NCBI RefSeq assembly: GCF_001194135.2
Contig: NC_068984.1
Span: 5,827,741-5,891,740, forward strand
Direction: 5' to 3'
DNA: 64,000 bases
Source: Octopus bimaculoides
Lineage: Eukaryota
Below are positions 25,931-39,403 of the stretch, one piece after another. Every line of letters begins with the position of its first letter. Position 1 is the stretch's first letter. The notes below the pieces were generated by a model that was not told the origin of the DNA, did no database searches, and saw only the letters and a program-made list of their open reading frames with translations. The translations under genes and the position numbers were made by a program.

Positions 25931-26733
25931 ATGCGACACACAATGAAATACTGCCCTCACACAGAATTCCTTGACATCCACAGAAGAACCACTCATTAGT
26001 AGGACTACTGATTAGTAAGAGGTTCTTCACAAACACACTTCAGTATCTGCTTCACAAACTGCCAGGTAAAAAAGTCACAGGAGATAAAAAAAAAGTCACC
26101 GGAAAGAAAAAATTTACGTGCGTGTGTGTGTGCGAGTAGGGGGGTGAGTATGTGTGTGTGTGTGTGTGCGAATAGGAGTGCGTGTGCGGTGGGGTGTGTG
26201 CGCGGGTAGATGTATGTGTATGCGAGGTGTGTGTGTGTGCCAGTGTGCGAGTAGGTGTGTGTGTGTGTATGAGTAGGTGTGTGTGTGTGTACATACACAT
26301 AGCGTTTGCCACTGTTTTTCCCGAACGCGGCATTCTCTTCAATAGAGTAAAGAGCGTCCGACAATCAAATCTTGTCGTTGAAGGTGATGTGCGTGAAAGG
26401 CATAACCTAACGAGATTGGGGCGTGTCTGAAGACCCTACAGGGCAGTGTTACCGAGGCTAGGTCTCTTAGTATCTGCAGGTCTCAGAGCCAAAATACTGG
26501 AGAGTGACTCAGACTGAGAGATGGTCAAGTAAGTAGCCGGGTGGCTTAAGGTATGACGTAAGACTTGATAGACACGGTGACCCTGGGCGTTGCTACTGAC
26601 AGCGTCCGGTTTCTCCCAAATATACTACATTACAGTTTTCAAGTATATTCGTTTGGTAGCAACACTGTCAAAGCGATTGATCGATTTGGCGGTGGACTTG
26701 GTATTTAAAAGTCTTGTTATATAAGAACTGGTA

Positions 26734-26964
26734 AAGGCGGCGAGCTGGTAGAAACGTTAGCACGCCGGGCAAAATGCTTAGCAGTATTTCGTCTGCAGCT
26801 ACGTTCTGAGTTCAAATTCCGCCGAGGTCGACTTTGCCTTTCATCCTTTCGGGGTCGATAAATTAAGTACCAGTTACGCACTGGGGTCGATGTAATCGAC
26901 TTAATCCGTTCGTCTGTTCTTGTTTGTTCCCTCTGTGTTTAGCCCCTTGTGAGAAATAAGAAAT
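26734..26964 (+). mobile_element. SINE family C, full length, tail subfamily 2; central domain resembles Meta/MESC-domain SINEs
   Basis: GGCGGCGAGCTGGTAGAAACGTTAGC head, GAGTTCAAATTCC B-box, GTCGACTTTGCCTTTCATCCTTTCGGGGTCGATAAATTAAGTACCAG core. The Meta/MESC assignment is from memory and unverified. Confidence 0.85.
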
Positions 26965-27210
26965 GAACCGACGTATAAGACATCGAAATGGAGAACATAT
27001 GGTGGAGATGTATAGGGCCTGTTTGGAGGCGGAGAGAGAAACATTACTGTACACAAGGTTGCATAGATAATCTTTCAGAAAAGATAACTGTAATGGAGTG
27101 TGACAGGAATAGGCGGAAGTTGTAAAGGACAACGTTTTTCAACAGCCTAGTCACAAGGTGGAAGGTAACTGTGTATATAATGGCAGAATCGTTTGTGAAC
27201 ACACACACAA

Positions 27211-27253
<43 letters not shown>

Positions 27254-28304
27254 GAGTTTAAATCTAATCGTAATTTATTCCATATATGTTTCACATATAA
27301 AACTAATATTTCTAAAGAGTGAAACGAAAGTACGTGATATTGTAGCAATGTTTGTACAAGACTTCTCTTTAATGTCATCACATGATTCTGGTTATCAAAC
27401 AACATCTTACATGTGGAACTTCATCGATCAAAGAGAGGATTTTAGTCATAATTCTGTACTGTTACATATGACTTACTCTATTAAATGGTTGACACCTTCA
27501 TAGAACTGGTAAATAGGGAAACTCCAATATTTACTACAAATATGAATACAGGCACATACATGTATTTACTCAATATAGTTTGCATATGTACTTTTACACA
27601 CACACAAACACACACACATATATATATATATGGATGCATACACACAGATACACTCACCTACAGGAGTATATAGACACAAACAAAGATATACACACATACA
27701 CCCATATATTTCACATATAGATACCTCGTCATGTAGGTACACATGCGTGCACGCACATATACATCTGCAAATTAAACCCTTCGTTTCACACAGAACACTT
27801 GAACGTTTTTGGAATTCAACAGACTGAAAATAATAATAAAAATATTTTTGAAAAAATAGTTAAAATTGCATGAACGAGAGAGAGACAGAGAGAGGGGGAG
27901 ATAATAGAGGAAGAGATGGATGAGGAGAGGAAAAGTAAGGTGGGACAGAGAGCAAGGAGAGTGGGTAGGGAGAGAATTGGAGGCCGAAAAGGGGATAAGT
28001 GGGGAGGAGAGAGACGGTCGTGATATTTTAGTGCACAGGTAGTGCGGTGTAGTATTGTAAATGGTGAATGCTGGTGAGGATTTTAAACCAGGGTATTTCA
28101 CAGTCTGTGTCTTTTGGAGAATATATAAATGCGTTTATTAGATCTATGGACCTTAATTTATCACGCGTCTTTTTATAAGGTTCACGGAAGTTACATGCTT
28201 TTACGTGTTGCTCTTGAAAATACACCGTCCTACAAACTAGACGTGGTTACTAGACATTTGGCAGGACGTTCAATAAAGAGATAGTCCACTCAGGGGCAAA
28301 TGCT

Positions 28305-28414
28305 GAGACGGAGGCGGAAAGAGAGACAGAGACGGAGAGAGTGACGGAAAGATAGATGAAGTGAGAGAGAGAGCGACGGAGAGAGACAGACGGAGAGGGA
28401 GACAGACGGAGAGA

Positions 28415-28446
<32 letters not shown>

Positions 28447-28830
28447 AAGAGACGGAGAGACAGAGACGGAGAGGGAGACGGAGAGAGATGGAGAGACAGA
28501 GAGAGATGGAGAGACAGAGAGAGATGGAGAGAGAGGAGAGAGGGAGAGAGAGGGAGGGAGGGATGGAGAGCGAAAGAGGGAGGGATGGAGAGAGAGAGAG
28601 CGGATAGAGAGAGATAGAGGCATAGAGAGAGAGAGAGATAGAGGCATAGAGAGAGAGATAGAGGCATAGAGAGAGAGATAGAGGCATAGAGAGAGAGATA
28701 GATATGGTGAGAGAGAGAGAGAGAGATAAGGTGAGAGAGAGAGAGAGAGAGATAAAGTGAAAGAGAGAGAGTTAGATAAGGTGAGATAGATAGATACAGA
28801 TAGATAGATAGAGAAGATAGGTAGATATTA
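28305..28830. repeat. Long compound GA-rich microsatellite/minisatellite (includes AGAGATAGAGGCATAG units)
   Basis: Seen directly; source of the SL/RE pseudo-ORFs. Confidence 0.95.
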
Positions 28831-29260
28831 CACACACAAACAGACATACGTAAAGGAATAAGGATAAGGAATCTGGGCGGGTACCTTTATTAGCTTTCTC
28901 TCATATTGTCCGGACCCAGCTAACCACATCGAATGATGGGAAACATGCAAAATTGTTTCTGATAAGCAATTACACGGTAGTAATATTACTCGACAGACAA
29001 ATCCCGAGTTTGCTTCATTGGATTTCATACAACACACAGAGTTTATAATTAAGCTATCATAAACAAGACTGGAGAATTACACATCTTCAATAATATTGCA
29101 GTATTATTCTCATTAAATTTAGATTCAAAACCAACACATGTTTCTGCAGGATAAGTGTCATAGTGTTCTTTGATGCAGCATTTATGTGCATTTTCATGGT
29201 TCAGTTGCAGTACATATTCATCCAGGGTAGACATTGCTATGCATCGTTGTTCATAATATA

Positions 29261-29985
29261 CAGAGTGCGATGAGTAAATTGTCATTTTATATTTTTGATT
29301 TTTGTTTCTGATTTTGTCGACTACAAAGTATAGTAGGGTGTGTTGGGTACTGTCTGTGAGGAAAACAGCATCATAACGCAATTCACACTGCCAGTAATTT
29401 GGAAACGACATGCTGTACTACTTGGCATTCGCGTCGGAAGCTCCAATACAAACATTTCAGTGCTTGGGTGTCAATCTGAGGACATGGACCGAAAGGGATA
29501 AAAATCAAACGACCAGTCAACATCATGGTGTCTGGAGTGATCATTATTGATGGAGACGTTATGCTTCCATTCAAACTTCTCACACGACCTCAGACTCAAC
29601 ACGGAGGCCTACATCAAGTGCTTGGAGGAGGTTGTGCTGCTCTGGGTCAAGAGGGTGGCTGCTGGAAGACCCTATGTCTGGCAATAAGACTCTGCAGCAT
29701 GTTACATAAGCAGGAGAATCCAGCCATGGCTGTCGGGCAATTTCTGCGACCACATTACCCCTAACATCTGGCCACCTAACTCCCCAGACAGCAATCCCCT
29801 TGATTATTATGTGTGGATGTGCAGTTGAGCGAGAGACCAACAAAACTTCTTTTAATACCAAAGATGAACTAAAGGCAACTGAAGACAAAGATATTTTTAT
29901 GTAATTTTGGTAAGTAAATATATCTGTTAAAATGATATGTCTGATTTTTATGCAATTTAGACTACAATATATTCACGGCAACCAG
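29261..29985 (+). mobile_element. maT (DD37D) transposon, internally deleted
   Basis: TA-flanked degenerate TIRs (CAGAGTGCGATGAGTAAATTGTC / GACTACAATATATTCACGGCAACCAG); WKRHAVLLGIR; YVWQ*DSA...WPPNSPDSNPLDYYVW with exactly 37 residues between the last two catalytic Asp. Confidence 0.85.
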
Positions 29986-30320
29986 TATATTTATGTGCGC
30001 TCGCGCATGCGTGAACGACAAGGTATAAATAATGGTGATTGCATAGTTCCTTACTGTAGTGACTTAGCTTACAGTTGTTTCCGGTAGTCATTATAGGTTT
30101 GTTATGGATATGTTTACTCAGTCGGTCCATTGATCGGTTGAGACAAATTGAACGACCTAGAAAACATTCGTCAGTCATTTCTGGATATAACCAGGCAGAA
30201 TACTGAAAGAATGGTACGGGTATGGGAGGGGAGCGACGAGGGGCAATAAGTGGGAGAGCCTGGTTTAGTAACAGAGAGCTTATAAAGGATTTTGCCCGGA
30301 TTGGTAATCCTTCACTAATA

Positions 30321-30405
<85 letters not shown>

Positions 30406-31324
30406 ATATACAGAACCATGTAAATATGCCAGGAAGACAGGAAAATCTACAAATACATGTATAATATTAATCTTGTAATACACGTCTATATACACGTATT
30501 TGTAGGTTTGTAATATCACATTCATAGACTGTGTTTCTCATCAATATTTACAAAGATTCAGGCATAAATGAATACATACGGAATTGTTGTACACATTAAG
30601 ATGCATTACGTTCTATAGAGACATGTAAACACATACAACACATGAGCGTTAGTGACAGCGTATACAGACATGTGTTAATAAACACAATTTTAACACAGAA
30701 ACACACATGTGCGTGCACGCACACATACATGCACGCGCACATATGTATATATAGAAAGAGAAACGGCGGATCAAAATAACTTCCTAGATCCACCATTCTT
30801 CGGCATGTTAAATATGGGAGATTATTCAGTAGCAGCCATTGTGTTTGCGTGTGTGTGTGTGTGTGTACATATATATGTATGTATGTATATATGTACGTGA
30901 ATAATGTAATATTCAGGAGTAGGTGGAGGAAAGCTGTATCCTTTTTTCGATTGTAACCTATTTAAATATTCTACCAGAAAACCATATTTAATATGCAGAA
31001 AATATGGAAGTGAAATTCCTCGGAGATTGAAATATTGTGAAATGAAATTGTTTCAAGAAGGAGAATGGGAATTATGACATCCACTTAATAATAAGAATTC
31101 CCCACAGAGGATTTACTAAGAAGGAAACCAGAAAAGAAGAATGAAATGGCTTAAGCAAAAGCTATTATTAAGTTAGATAAGTAGGGTCTAAGCATTGATG
31201 TGAACATCAATTTGATTATTTGTTGGGAGAAATAGAAAAGAAATATTTATTTCAAAATTAAATTATCAAAACAGAATATTAATCACTGGAGTAGTGTTAT
31301 TTCAGAGAGAGAGAGAGAGAGAGT

Positions 31325-31361
<37 letters not shown>

Positions 31362-31436
31362 NNNNNNNNNNGTGGGAGAGAGAGAGATAAAGAGAGAGAG
31401 AGAGAGAGAGAGAGAGTGAGTGTTTGCATATTTTTT

Positions 31437-32285
31437 AAATCCTTTTGTTTCAGTCAAAGGCTGAGGCCATGCTGCGGCACCGCCTTCCTCTTTTGTATTG
31501 TTTCTGAAGTAGCGAGTTGGACGGAGCTGCTCTTCGTTGTGCCTCCTGCCTTAATGTAGGTTTATCTGGCACCTCAGATAGAAATTTGTCCAGACGCTCT
31601 ATGAAGACCTCTCACTGTACACCTCGCAAATACCTGAGGTTGTTCGACAGAATGTCGAATTGTGGTTTGCCCTTGAAACCCAAGCTGTTACAGCATTGTG
31701 TCCTTATTTGAAATTAAGAAGGCGGGATCTTTGGCACCATGCAACGCCATCCAGTTCGTTGGTTGGTGTAGCTCTTTCAATTCCAAAGTTGAGAGCTAAA
31801 GCTTCCAGAATATTTCATTTGTATATCACTGCCTATATTCCGGTTCTTTTCGCTCGGAAGTAGAGTCTCGGTTTCTTTAGCCTCTCCCAGTAGCTCAACG
31901 GGTAATAAGCACATAGAATGTTGCATTCAAAGTTCACGTACCAACTCTAACAACTGCAATACTCCCTGGTCCTGTGTATTCTGATCGTAGTCTGGTTGTG
32001 AGCTGATAGTAGAGCGCTTGAATCTTCTTGGCATTGAACTGCATGTTATTTTCATCATCCCATTTTATATTGCATACAGGTCGTTTTGTAGTTTTAGTAT
32101 GTGGTCAGGGTCGTTGACCGATTGTGTATCATCACCGTAGTTAGTGAGAGTGGCTGAATATGGCTGAGGGCATGTCTGAGAGAGGCACTACAAACAATAG
32201 TGGCCCCAGTACACTTCTCAGAGAACTGAAGTCTCCCCACTGAAAGCACTACTGGCTGCAACTGTTTTCCCTCTGCCTTTTCATT
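31437..32285 (-). mobile_element. CR1/L2-type LINE 3' portion with intact 3' end
   Basis: SVLGPLLFVVPLSDMP, NYGDDT, LQNDL, NNMQFNAKK, YWERLKK, RLDKFLSEVPDKP, RAAPSNSLLQ, then tail GGCGGTGCCGCAGCATGGCC...GACTGAAACAAAAG. Confidence 0.85.
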
Positions 32286-33799
32286 AAGTTAAATCTATCT
32301 GGAGCATCAGAATGAGGATTCGACATGATATTATGTGATGTATAATAAGTAGTGTGTCACGGTATAATGAAGGGAGATTAAAATGCAACTTATGCTTCGA
32401 GGAGAAGTTACATAGAAGTTACATAGAAGAAATAAACATTATGGTGTACACATTTATTTTAAAACCTTTCCAAATAAATGAAATACCGATCGGTGGACCC
32501 TAATGTAGTCGGGTCTGCCTTTCACGGTTCAGTATATTTAAGTCAACTGCTATTATCAAGTCCCTTTAGTAATAATTTACCTAATTGCTTACCAAATTAT
32601 TTTAGTTATCTTAATTTTATAACTATCAGTATATTGTAGTTGATATTATTTAATTTTTTTAATTCTGTAATTAGATTACCAGTTTTTATCAGTTTTTAAT
32701 AATTTTCAATTATATTTGATTAGTTTTAATTGCTTTTTGATTTAGCTTTTAATTACAGTTTACATTATTTTTAATTACATTTTAAGTTTTTTTATTTTTT
32801 ACTTTACATTATTTTTTATCTTAATTTCTTTTATCTTCATTTATATTAATCATACAATTATTCTAATATTCATTTTTTTAAGGAAAATAATTCTATGATA
32901 TAAATATATCAGTTATTTTCCTTTAGAATTCTCAATAACTCTTCCTGTCTCTAACTCCTAGATTATATTTAGATTTGATATTGATCAAATGACATTTCCA
33001 TCGTAATTTAATTATCTCCTGAACTATCTCCTTGGTTCTACATACCACCTCTGTGTATTTGAATTGGTCAGTAACGACTTAAAGAGGTAGGAATTTTGCC
33101 ATAAACCTTCAAGTTGACGGGTTGGATTGTTGATACTAAGTATCATATAACATTCTTAGCATCATCTGATAATTACTACTCCTAAGTAGGCTGCTGAAAT
33201 ATCCTTATCCTTTGGACAAATACAGTTTTACGACTATGTCCGAGTCCTGGGTATATCTTTAAACGGCATCCAGTAGCGGGGCCCTCGTACGGGAGTTCTA
33301 AGGTTTTGAGGAGTGTGAAACCACGTCTTAATCGATCTTGTCCGGGTTACTCTGACCCGGAATAGTAGCACTTGTCAGAGTCACTGGTATAGCTTAACTA
33401 GCATGTTTATTAAACCCTGATTTATCTTCTCTCCTTCATCAAATTCAGAACAGCGTCTCTACCAGTATCTGGCGTCTGCCCTGGTCACATACCTGCACCT
33501 CTCCGACCTTCGGCGGCAAGTTATGTGTTTCGTTCTTCTGTTAGGTAAAACAGAATAAATCCAGGCGGGCTGGCTTTAAAGGCGTCCCACTACATACCGT
33601 TGACGTAGCAGCTCGTTTGCAGGTTGTTCTCGAACCAGTCGTTCTGGATCTCCTCGTTGCCACTGGACAATTCACAGATAACTCAAGTTGTGCGGTATGG
33701 GATTATGCGCCCTTATCACTGCAAACAATTATTTGTGCAAACACCGATCCGTCTCAGCCTTCTTCCTTTGTTCTCCTCCGTTTCTTTATCATGTCCATC

Positions 33800-35110
33800 G
33801 GCGATGGCCCCCAAACAAAACTTGCTGTTTTATCCGGCCAGAAAACCACACCTGACATATTTCCTATGCGGTAGAATCAAATAGTCATTTGCTTCCTGGA
33901 ATATCAGAACATTACTTGATGTTCCCAACTTAGATCGACATCGTCGAAGGACTGCTGTAGTTGCCTCCGAACCGACGCCTTCTACAAGATCTACAAGTAT
34001 GGTTGGCCTTACTTCACATCCCACCTTCAGTCTCTGTTTCTTCTCTGTTAGCAGGCGCAGGCTATACCTGACGAGTGTAAACAATCCAATATTGTCAGAA
34101 TCTGAAAGCGCAAAGTAGAATCCGCAGCATCTTTAATACTCGCCGCCTAGAGTCCACATCAAAACTCTTCTCAGCCACGGCGTATGAGATTCAGCTGGCG
34201 ATTCAGCTGGCGATTCAGCTGGCGATTCAGCTGCAACACCTCGTAATTTCGCCTCTCTTAAACACATGATGAACTCAATGAACAGAGCCTACTCTTGGCT
34301 CGGTCTTCAAGTGAATCATCGGAACACTAAAGTTTTCCTATCAGATTTCCCGTATTCATCTCGGTCACAGCCTGCCTTTATTAATGATGCTCCTCTACTG
34401 CAGATAGACTCACTCTGCTATCTCAGAAGCACGATCTCTCACCTTGGACTCCTTGACAAGGAGATACTCCGTCGGGTCCACTTGGCGTCTGAGGAACTCA
34501 GAACGAATCTGTCAGAGCAAGAACCTAAGAGCAAGAACGTCCGTTTATCGAGCTCTCAGTGTGTCCATTCTCTTGTACGTGTCTGAACCCCTTTATCGGC
34601 GCCAGGTCAGAAAACAGAGCGTTTCGCATCAAATCGCTCCAAAGTATTCTCGGTCTCACGTGGAAAGACAAGGTGCCTCATACAGAAATTCTCCTCAGGG
34701 ATTAGATCTATAGTCTTTAAGCCTGCATCCATCGTCGTCGTCATCTCCATATGATTCGGATGACAGGTAACTGGCTCCCAAAGATGGTCCTCTTTAGGGA
34801 GATCGAAACTGAAGCTAGCCCTCATAGACGTCCAAAACTTCGGTTTCCTTATCATCTGAAGCAGTCTTTCAAGAGGTTGGAGGAGTTGGCATTTGATCGG
34901 AAGGCATGGAAATCCATGTGTGAGACTGGAGTAGAGCGCTTCTGAAACCAAATGCAGGAGACTGCATAAGACGTCTTCACCAACCCCCTGCGACTGTTGT
35001 TAGGGGTTGCTTTCAGTGTCCTCAGTATCACAAGATCAACCTATCTCATGTTGGTCTTGTCAGCCACACATCCACTCCCATGAGAGACAATGTACCGGAA
35101 GCGAAGGGGG
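33800..35110 (+). mobile_element. RTE (BovB-like) LINE, decayed RT and C-terminus
   Basis: KTTPDIFPMR, KIYKYGWP, CYLRSTIS, LDKEILRRV, VYRALSVSILLY, ILGLTWKDKVPHTEIL, LPKMVLF, RPKLRF, AFDRKAWK, CPQ...HVGLVSH; upstream sequence to about 33420 may also belong. Confidence 0.85.
34188..34233 (+). repeat. 12-bp tandem repeat GATTCAGCTGGC x3.8 inside the RTE RT
   Basis: Seen directly; in frame with the 34266 ORF (DSAG repeats). Confidence 0.9.
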
Positions 35111-35591
35111 GTAAATGGCTTGGATCGAAAGCTGTCATCATTTTTGATGAGCCTTCATCAGAAAAACTATCTCCCTTAAAATATTCTCTATTCTAAGCAG
35201 TGTGGTAAAGCTTTGATAAAGATAGGATAGCGTTAAATTTCTTAATCGCCGTAAAATTTTAGTCTATTAAATATGGGATCGGTTAACATGCATGATTACT
35301 GCATCGCAGAAGTTTGAAATTATCATCTCATCTGAAACGCGTGTAAGCGAATTAAAGAATGAATAATCCTCCATTCTTTGTATTTTTATTCTATACTCTC
35401 GAACTTTATTCTAAATTTCTTCGGTGTTTGGACTTCGGATTTACAAACTGGACAGAGAACGGAGACTAATTTTACGGCCACCATGGATTTCAATGGATTT
35501 CATTGGACACTTTAGTTAACTAAGTTAGACCCGACATAGTGCCTACAAATTGTTCGCCTGGATGTTTTAAAATCTCGTTTTNNNNNNNNNN

Positions 35592-35645
<54 letters not shown>

Positions 35646-37072
35646 TCTTGCATGCACATGTACGTATGTATACCATTACAGGTATACGTACATATATACA
35701 TACAATACAAACACCTGTGACTTCAACGTTTCACGGTGTTTGGGAATTATTGAAGCAGCCTAAATAAACTAGTCAGCGAATGTTAGAACTCGCTGTTAAT
35801 AAGACAAAGCGGAGTGATTACACGTGCACTGGGTTGCTTATTTAATATTTGCTGCTGTATGCATAAAAATGCTAGTTTTCCTTTGTGTGTGTACGTACAC
35901 ATGCATCACGTGCGTACGTAAATGGAGAGAGAAAAACATACCTACATTATTGTGTGTAGTTGTTTTGTCCTAAGTTAAACCATGATTGAGAAGAGAACTT
36001 TTATCAAAAGCATTCCGCTTGTGGCCATCCCACCTATTTTTAGATATCATAAATTTAGGTCTCTATTATTCAATATCAAGTAAATTATTGACCCTTTTCA
36101 GCGGCGCTTATTTTCCGTACTAAATTTTAGTATGGAGTAAATCCATAAATTTTAGTCTTCAATGCATTTATAAATAAAAAATTATTAAATACATTAGAGA
36201 AATATAAATGTCTATCATCTTTATACAATCTCAGTGAGTGAGCGACTGGACAATAGTTTCAAATATGATTACATTCGCGTCCACAGACGATTATTCTGCA
36301 TTAACTGACCACTATAAAATTATATTTTAAGTCAATATTATTAGCTGTATAAATATATCAGAAAGATCGATTCGAATATTGAACAGAATTTTATTTAGTA
36401 GGACAGCAAAAAAAAACGTGCCAAATATTCAAATATGTCTTACTGAGTTATTTATAAACCTCATGCCATTGGCTTTAAATAGGATTTTACAGAGGTCAGT
36501 TCATCGAGGGTAAACGATCGCTGACGAGAAGGTAATGACACTTGAAACTGTAGTTCAGTCGATTTCTCATTCATTGACCTCAGGGAGGTTATGTAAACAT
36601 GGAATTATCGGTTTCTGGCTGTCTAATGCGTCTAATATATTTCATTTATAAATGCAGTTCGGCTAAAAATCTATAGATTTACTTCATGGTATTAAGTCAT
36701 AGTAACTCTATAGTTTTACCAGGACTTAATACTTAAAACGATAGGTATGATTTGGAAATTTACCCGTTATGTTTAGCTGGCGGACAAACCGTGTAGGAGA
36801 CTCCATAGATCAAGCGTTGTAATGCATCGGTGCAGAGACTGTGTTGTGTGAGAGTCAGTGGTAATGTGTGTACATATGCATGTATATATAAGACAAGTAT
36901 GAGAAACAAAAGCTGCTGTTTATATCTTGTTTTCATCATACTTTCTCCTACATTTACTCTGTATATCATAACCAAATGATAATATATAGACATAATTAAA
37001 TATAAGTATACAAGAAAAAGTGTGTACTGATATAAGGCATACAAATACATATATACAAAGGGATATATATAT

Positions 37073-37600
37073 AGTACTTGTTTCAGTCATTTGATTGCGG
37101 CCATGCTGGAACACTGCCTTTAGTCGAGCAAATCGACCCAGGACTGTTCTATGTACAGCAGTAACGACTTCGTTGTCTTGGAAGTAGACTGGATGACGAT
37201 ACGCTAAGTCAGTCTCTAAACCCACCTGTAGCAGTCGTACATCAAACTGTACACACAAGAAATGTTATGTATATATGTGTGTATGTGTGAGTTTCAAACC
37301 GAGACCCCCGACACGATTACCCATCACCGGAAATTTTCTAACCAGACAAAGCCATCTAAAGATTGCTCTCGGGCCTGAAGTAACGGGCGGTTTAAATTCC
37401 TTTATTCTTTTACTTGTTTCAGTCACTTGACTGCAGCCATGCTGGAGCACCGCCTTTAGTTGAACAAATCACCATAGGACTTATTCTTTCTAAGCCTAGT
37501 ACTTATTCTATCAGTCAATTTTGCCGAACCGCTAGGTTACGGGGACGTAAATACACTAACATCGGTTGGCAAGCGGTGGAGAGACAAACACAAATATATA
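37073..37600 (-). mobile_element. Two SINE family A 3' fragments (37073-37150 and 37404-37600)
   Basis: TACTTGTTTCAGTCA...TGCGGCCATGCTGGA tails. Confidence 0.8.
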
Positions 37601-37823
37601 CATATATACATACACACACACATATATATTTTCCTTTTAATTTTAATCCGTCTTTATATATTTCTTTCTATTTTCTATAAATTCTTCTTATTTTGATTTC
37701 ATATTTTGGTATGCCTAACTTAATCTTTTATCCTTTTATGTTTTACCTTTATAGTGTTAAATTGTGTATGGTATTGAGTTTTATATTTTGCATTCCTATT
37801 TACCTTCGCATACACTGGTATAG

Positions 37824-38203
37824 TGGAGGCGCAATGGCCCAGTGGTTAGGGCAGCGGACTCGCGGTCATAAAATCACAGTTTCGATTCTCAGACCAGGCT
37901 TTTTGAGTGTTTATTGAGCGAAAACACCTAAAGCTCCACGAGGCTCCGGCAGGGGATGGTGGCGAACCCTGCTGAACTCTTTCATCACAACTTTCACTCT
38001 TACTTCCTGTTTCTACTGTGCCTGTAATCCAAAGGGTCAGCCTTGTCACACTGTGTCACGCTGAATATCCCCGAGAACTACGTTAAGGGTACACGTGTCT
38101 GTGGAGTGCTCAGCCACTTGCACGTTAATTTCACGAGCAGGCTGTTCCGTTCATCGGATCAACTGGAACCCTTGGCGTCGTAAGCGATGGAGTCCCAACA
38201 ACA
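37824..38203 (+). mobile_element. SINE family B, full length, with 12-bp TSD
   Basis: TSD ACACTGGTATAG at 37812-37823 and 38204-38215; (CAA)n tail. Confidence 0.92.
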
Positions 38204-38380
38204 ACACTGGTATAGCATTCGTTGGACATTTTGCATTTCCTCTCCGCATGCATTCAGGTTGAGACGTGGCTCCATATGCTTCTTAAGTTGATATCTTTCA
38301 GTTACTTATATTTTACACCAAATGTTATACTATACCCATTATATAAGCGTGTGTATAAAGATATATATACATATATATAT

Positions 38381-38425
<45 letters not shown>

Positions 38426-38437
38426 TGTGTGTGTGTA

Positions 38438-38694
38438 GGTGCATGGCTCAGTTGTTAGATCGTCGAGCATACAATCGTGAGGTTGTGAGTTCGAATCCCG
38501 GACCGGACTGCGTGTTGTGTTCTTGAGCAAAACACTTTATTTCACGTTGCTGAAGTTCACTCAGCTGTAAAAGTGAGTTGCGGCGTCACAGGTGCCAAGC
38601 TGTATCGGCCCCTCTGCCTTTCCCTCGGATAACATCAGTGGGGTGGAAAGGGGAGGCTGGTATGCAGGGGCGACTGTTACTCTTCCATACTTGT
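38438..38694 (+). mobile_element. tRNA-derived CORE-type SINE, running into a gap
   Basis: TGGCTCAGTTG A-box, GTTCGAATCC B-box, TTCTTGAGCAAAACACTT...CACTCAGCTGTAAAA CORE-like domain (CORE-SINEs such as OR2 are known in Octopus). Confidence 0.75.
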
Positions 38695-39372
38695 NNNNNN
38701 NNNNNNNNNNNNNNNNNNNNNNNNNNNNNNNNNNNNNNNNNNNNNNNNNNNNNNNNNNNNNNNNNNNNNNNNNNNNNNNNNNNNNNNNNNNNNNNNNNNN
38801 NNNNNNNNNNNNNNNNNNNNNNNNNNNNNNNNNNNNNNNNNNNNNNNNNNNNNNNNNNNNNNNNNNNNNNNNNNNNNNNNNNNNNNNNNNNNNNNNNNNN
38901 NNNNNNNNNNNNNNNNNNNNNNNNNNNNNNNNNNNNNNNNNNNNNNNNNNNNNNNNNNNNNNNNNNNNNNNNNNNNNNNNNNNNNNNNNNNNNNNNNNNN
39001 NNNNNNNNNNNNNNNNNNNNNNNNNNNNNNNNNNNNNNNNNNNNNNNNNNNNNNNNNNNNNNNNNNNNNNNNNNNNNNNNNNNNNNNNNNNNNNNNNNNN
39101 NNNNNNNNNNNNNNNNNNNNNNNNNNNNNNNNNNNNNNNNNNNNNNNNNNNNNNNNNNNNNNNNNNNNNNNNNNNNNNGAGAAGGAGAGTGGGAGAAGGA
39201 GAGTGGGAGAAGGAGAGTGGGAGAAGGAGAGTGGGAGAAGGAGAGTGCGAGAAAGAGAGAGGGAGAGAAAAAGAGGAGAGAAAAAAAAGAGAGAGAGAAA
39301 AAAAGGAAGAGAAGAAAGATGAAGAGAAAAAGAGAGAAAAAGAGAGAGAAAGAGAGAGAGAAAGAGAGATAA

Positions 39373-39403
<31 letters not shown>

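Noticed and set aside
32560-32950. Mitochondrial control-region insertion (NUMT)
   Set aside because: AT-rich and skewed, but no mitochondrial tRNA, rRNA or protein sequence is recognisable nearby
38438-38510. Functional tRNA gene (also the heads at 23472, 37824, 44763, 47801)
   Set aside because: A- and B-boxes are present, but I see no acceptor-stem pairing and each runs into a SINE body, several with TSDs
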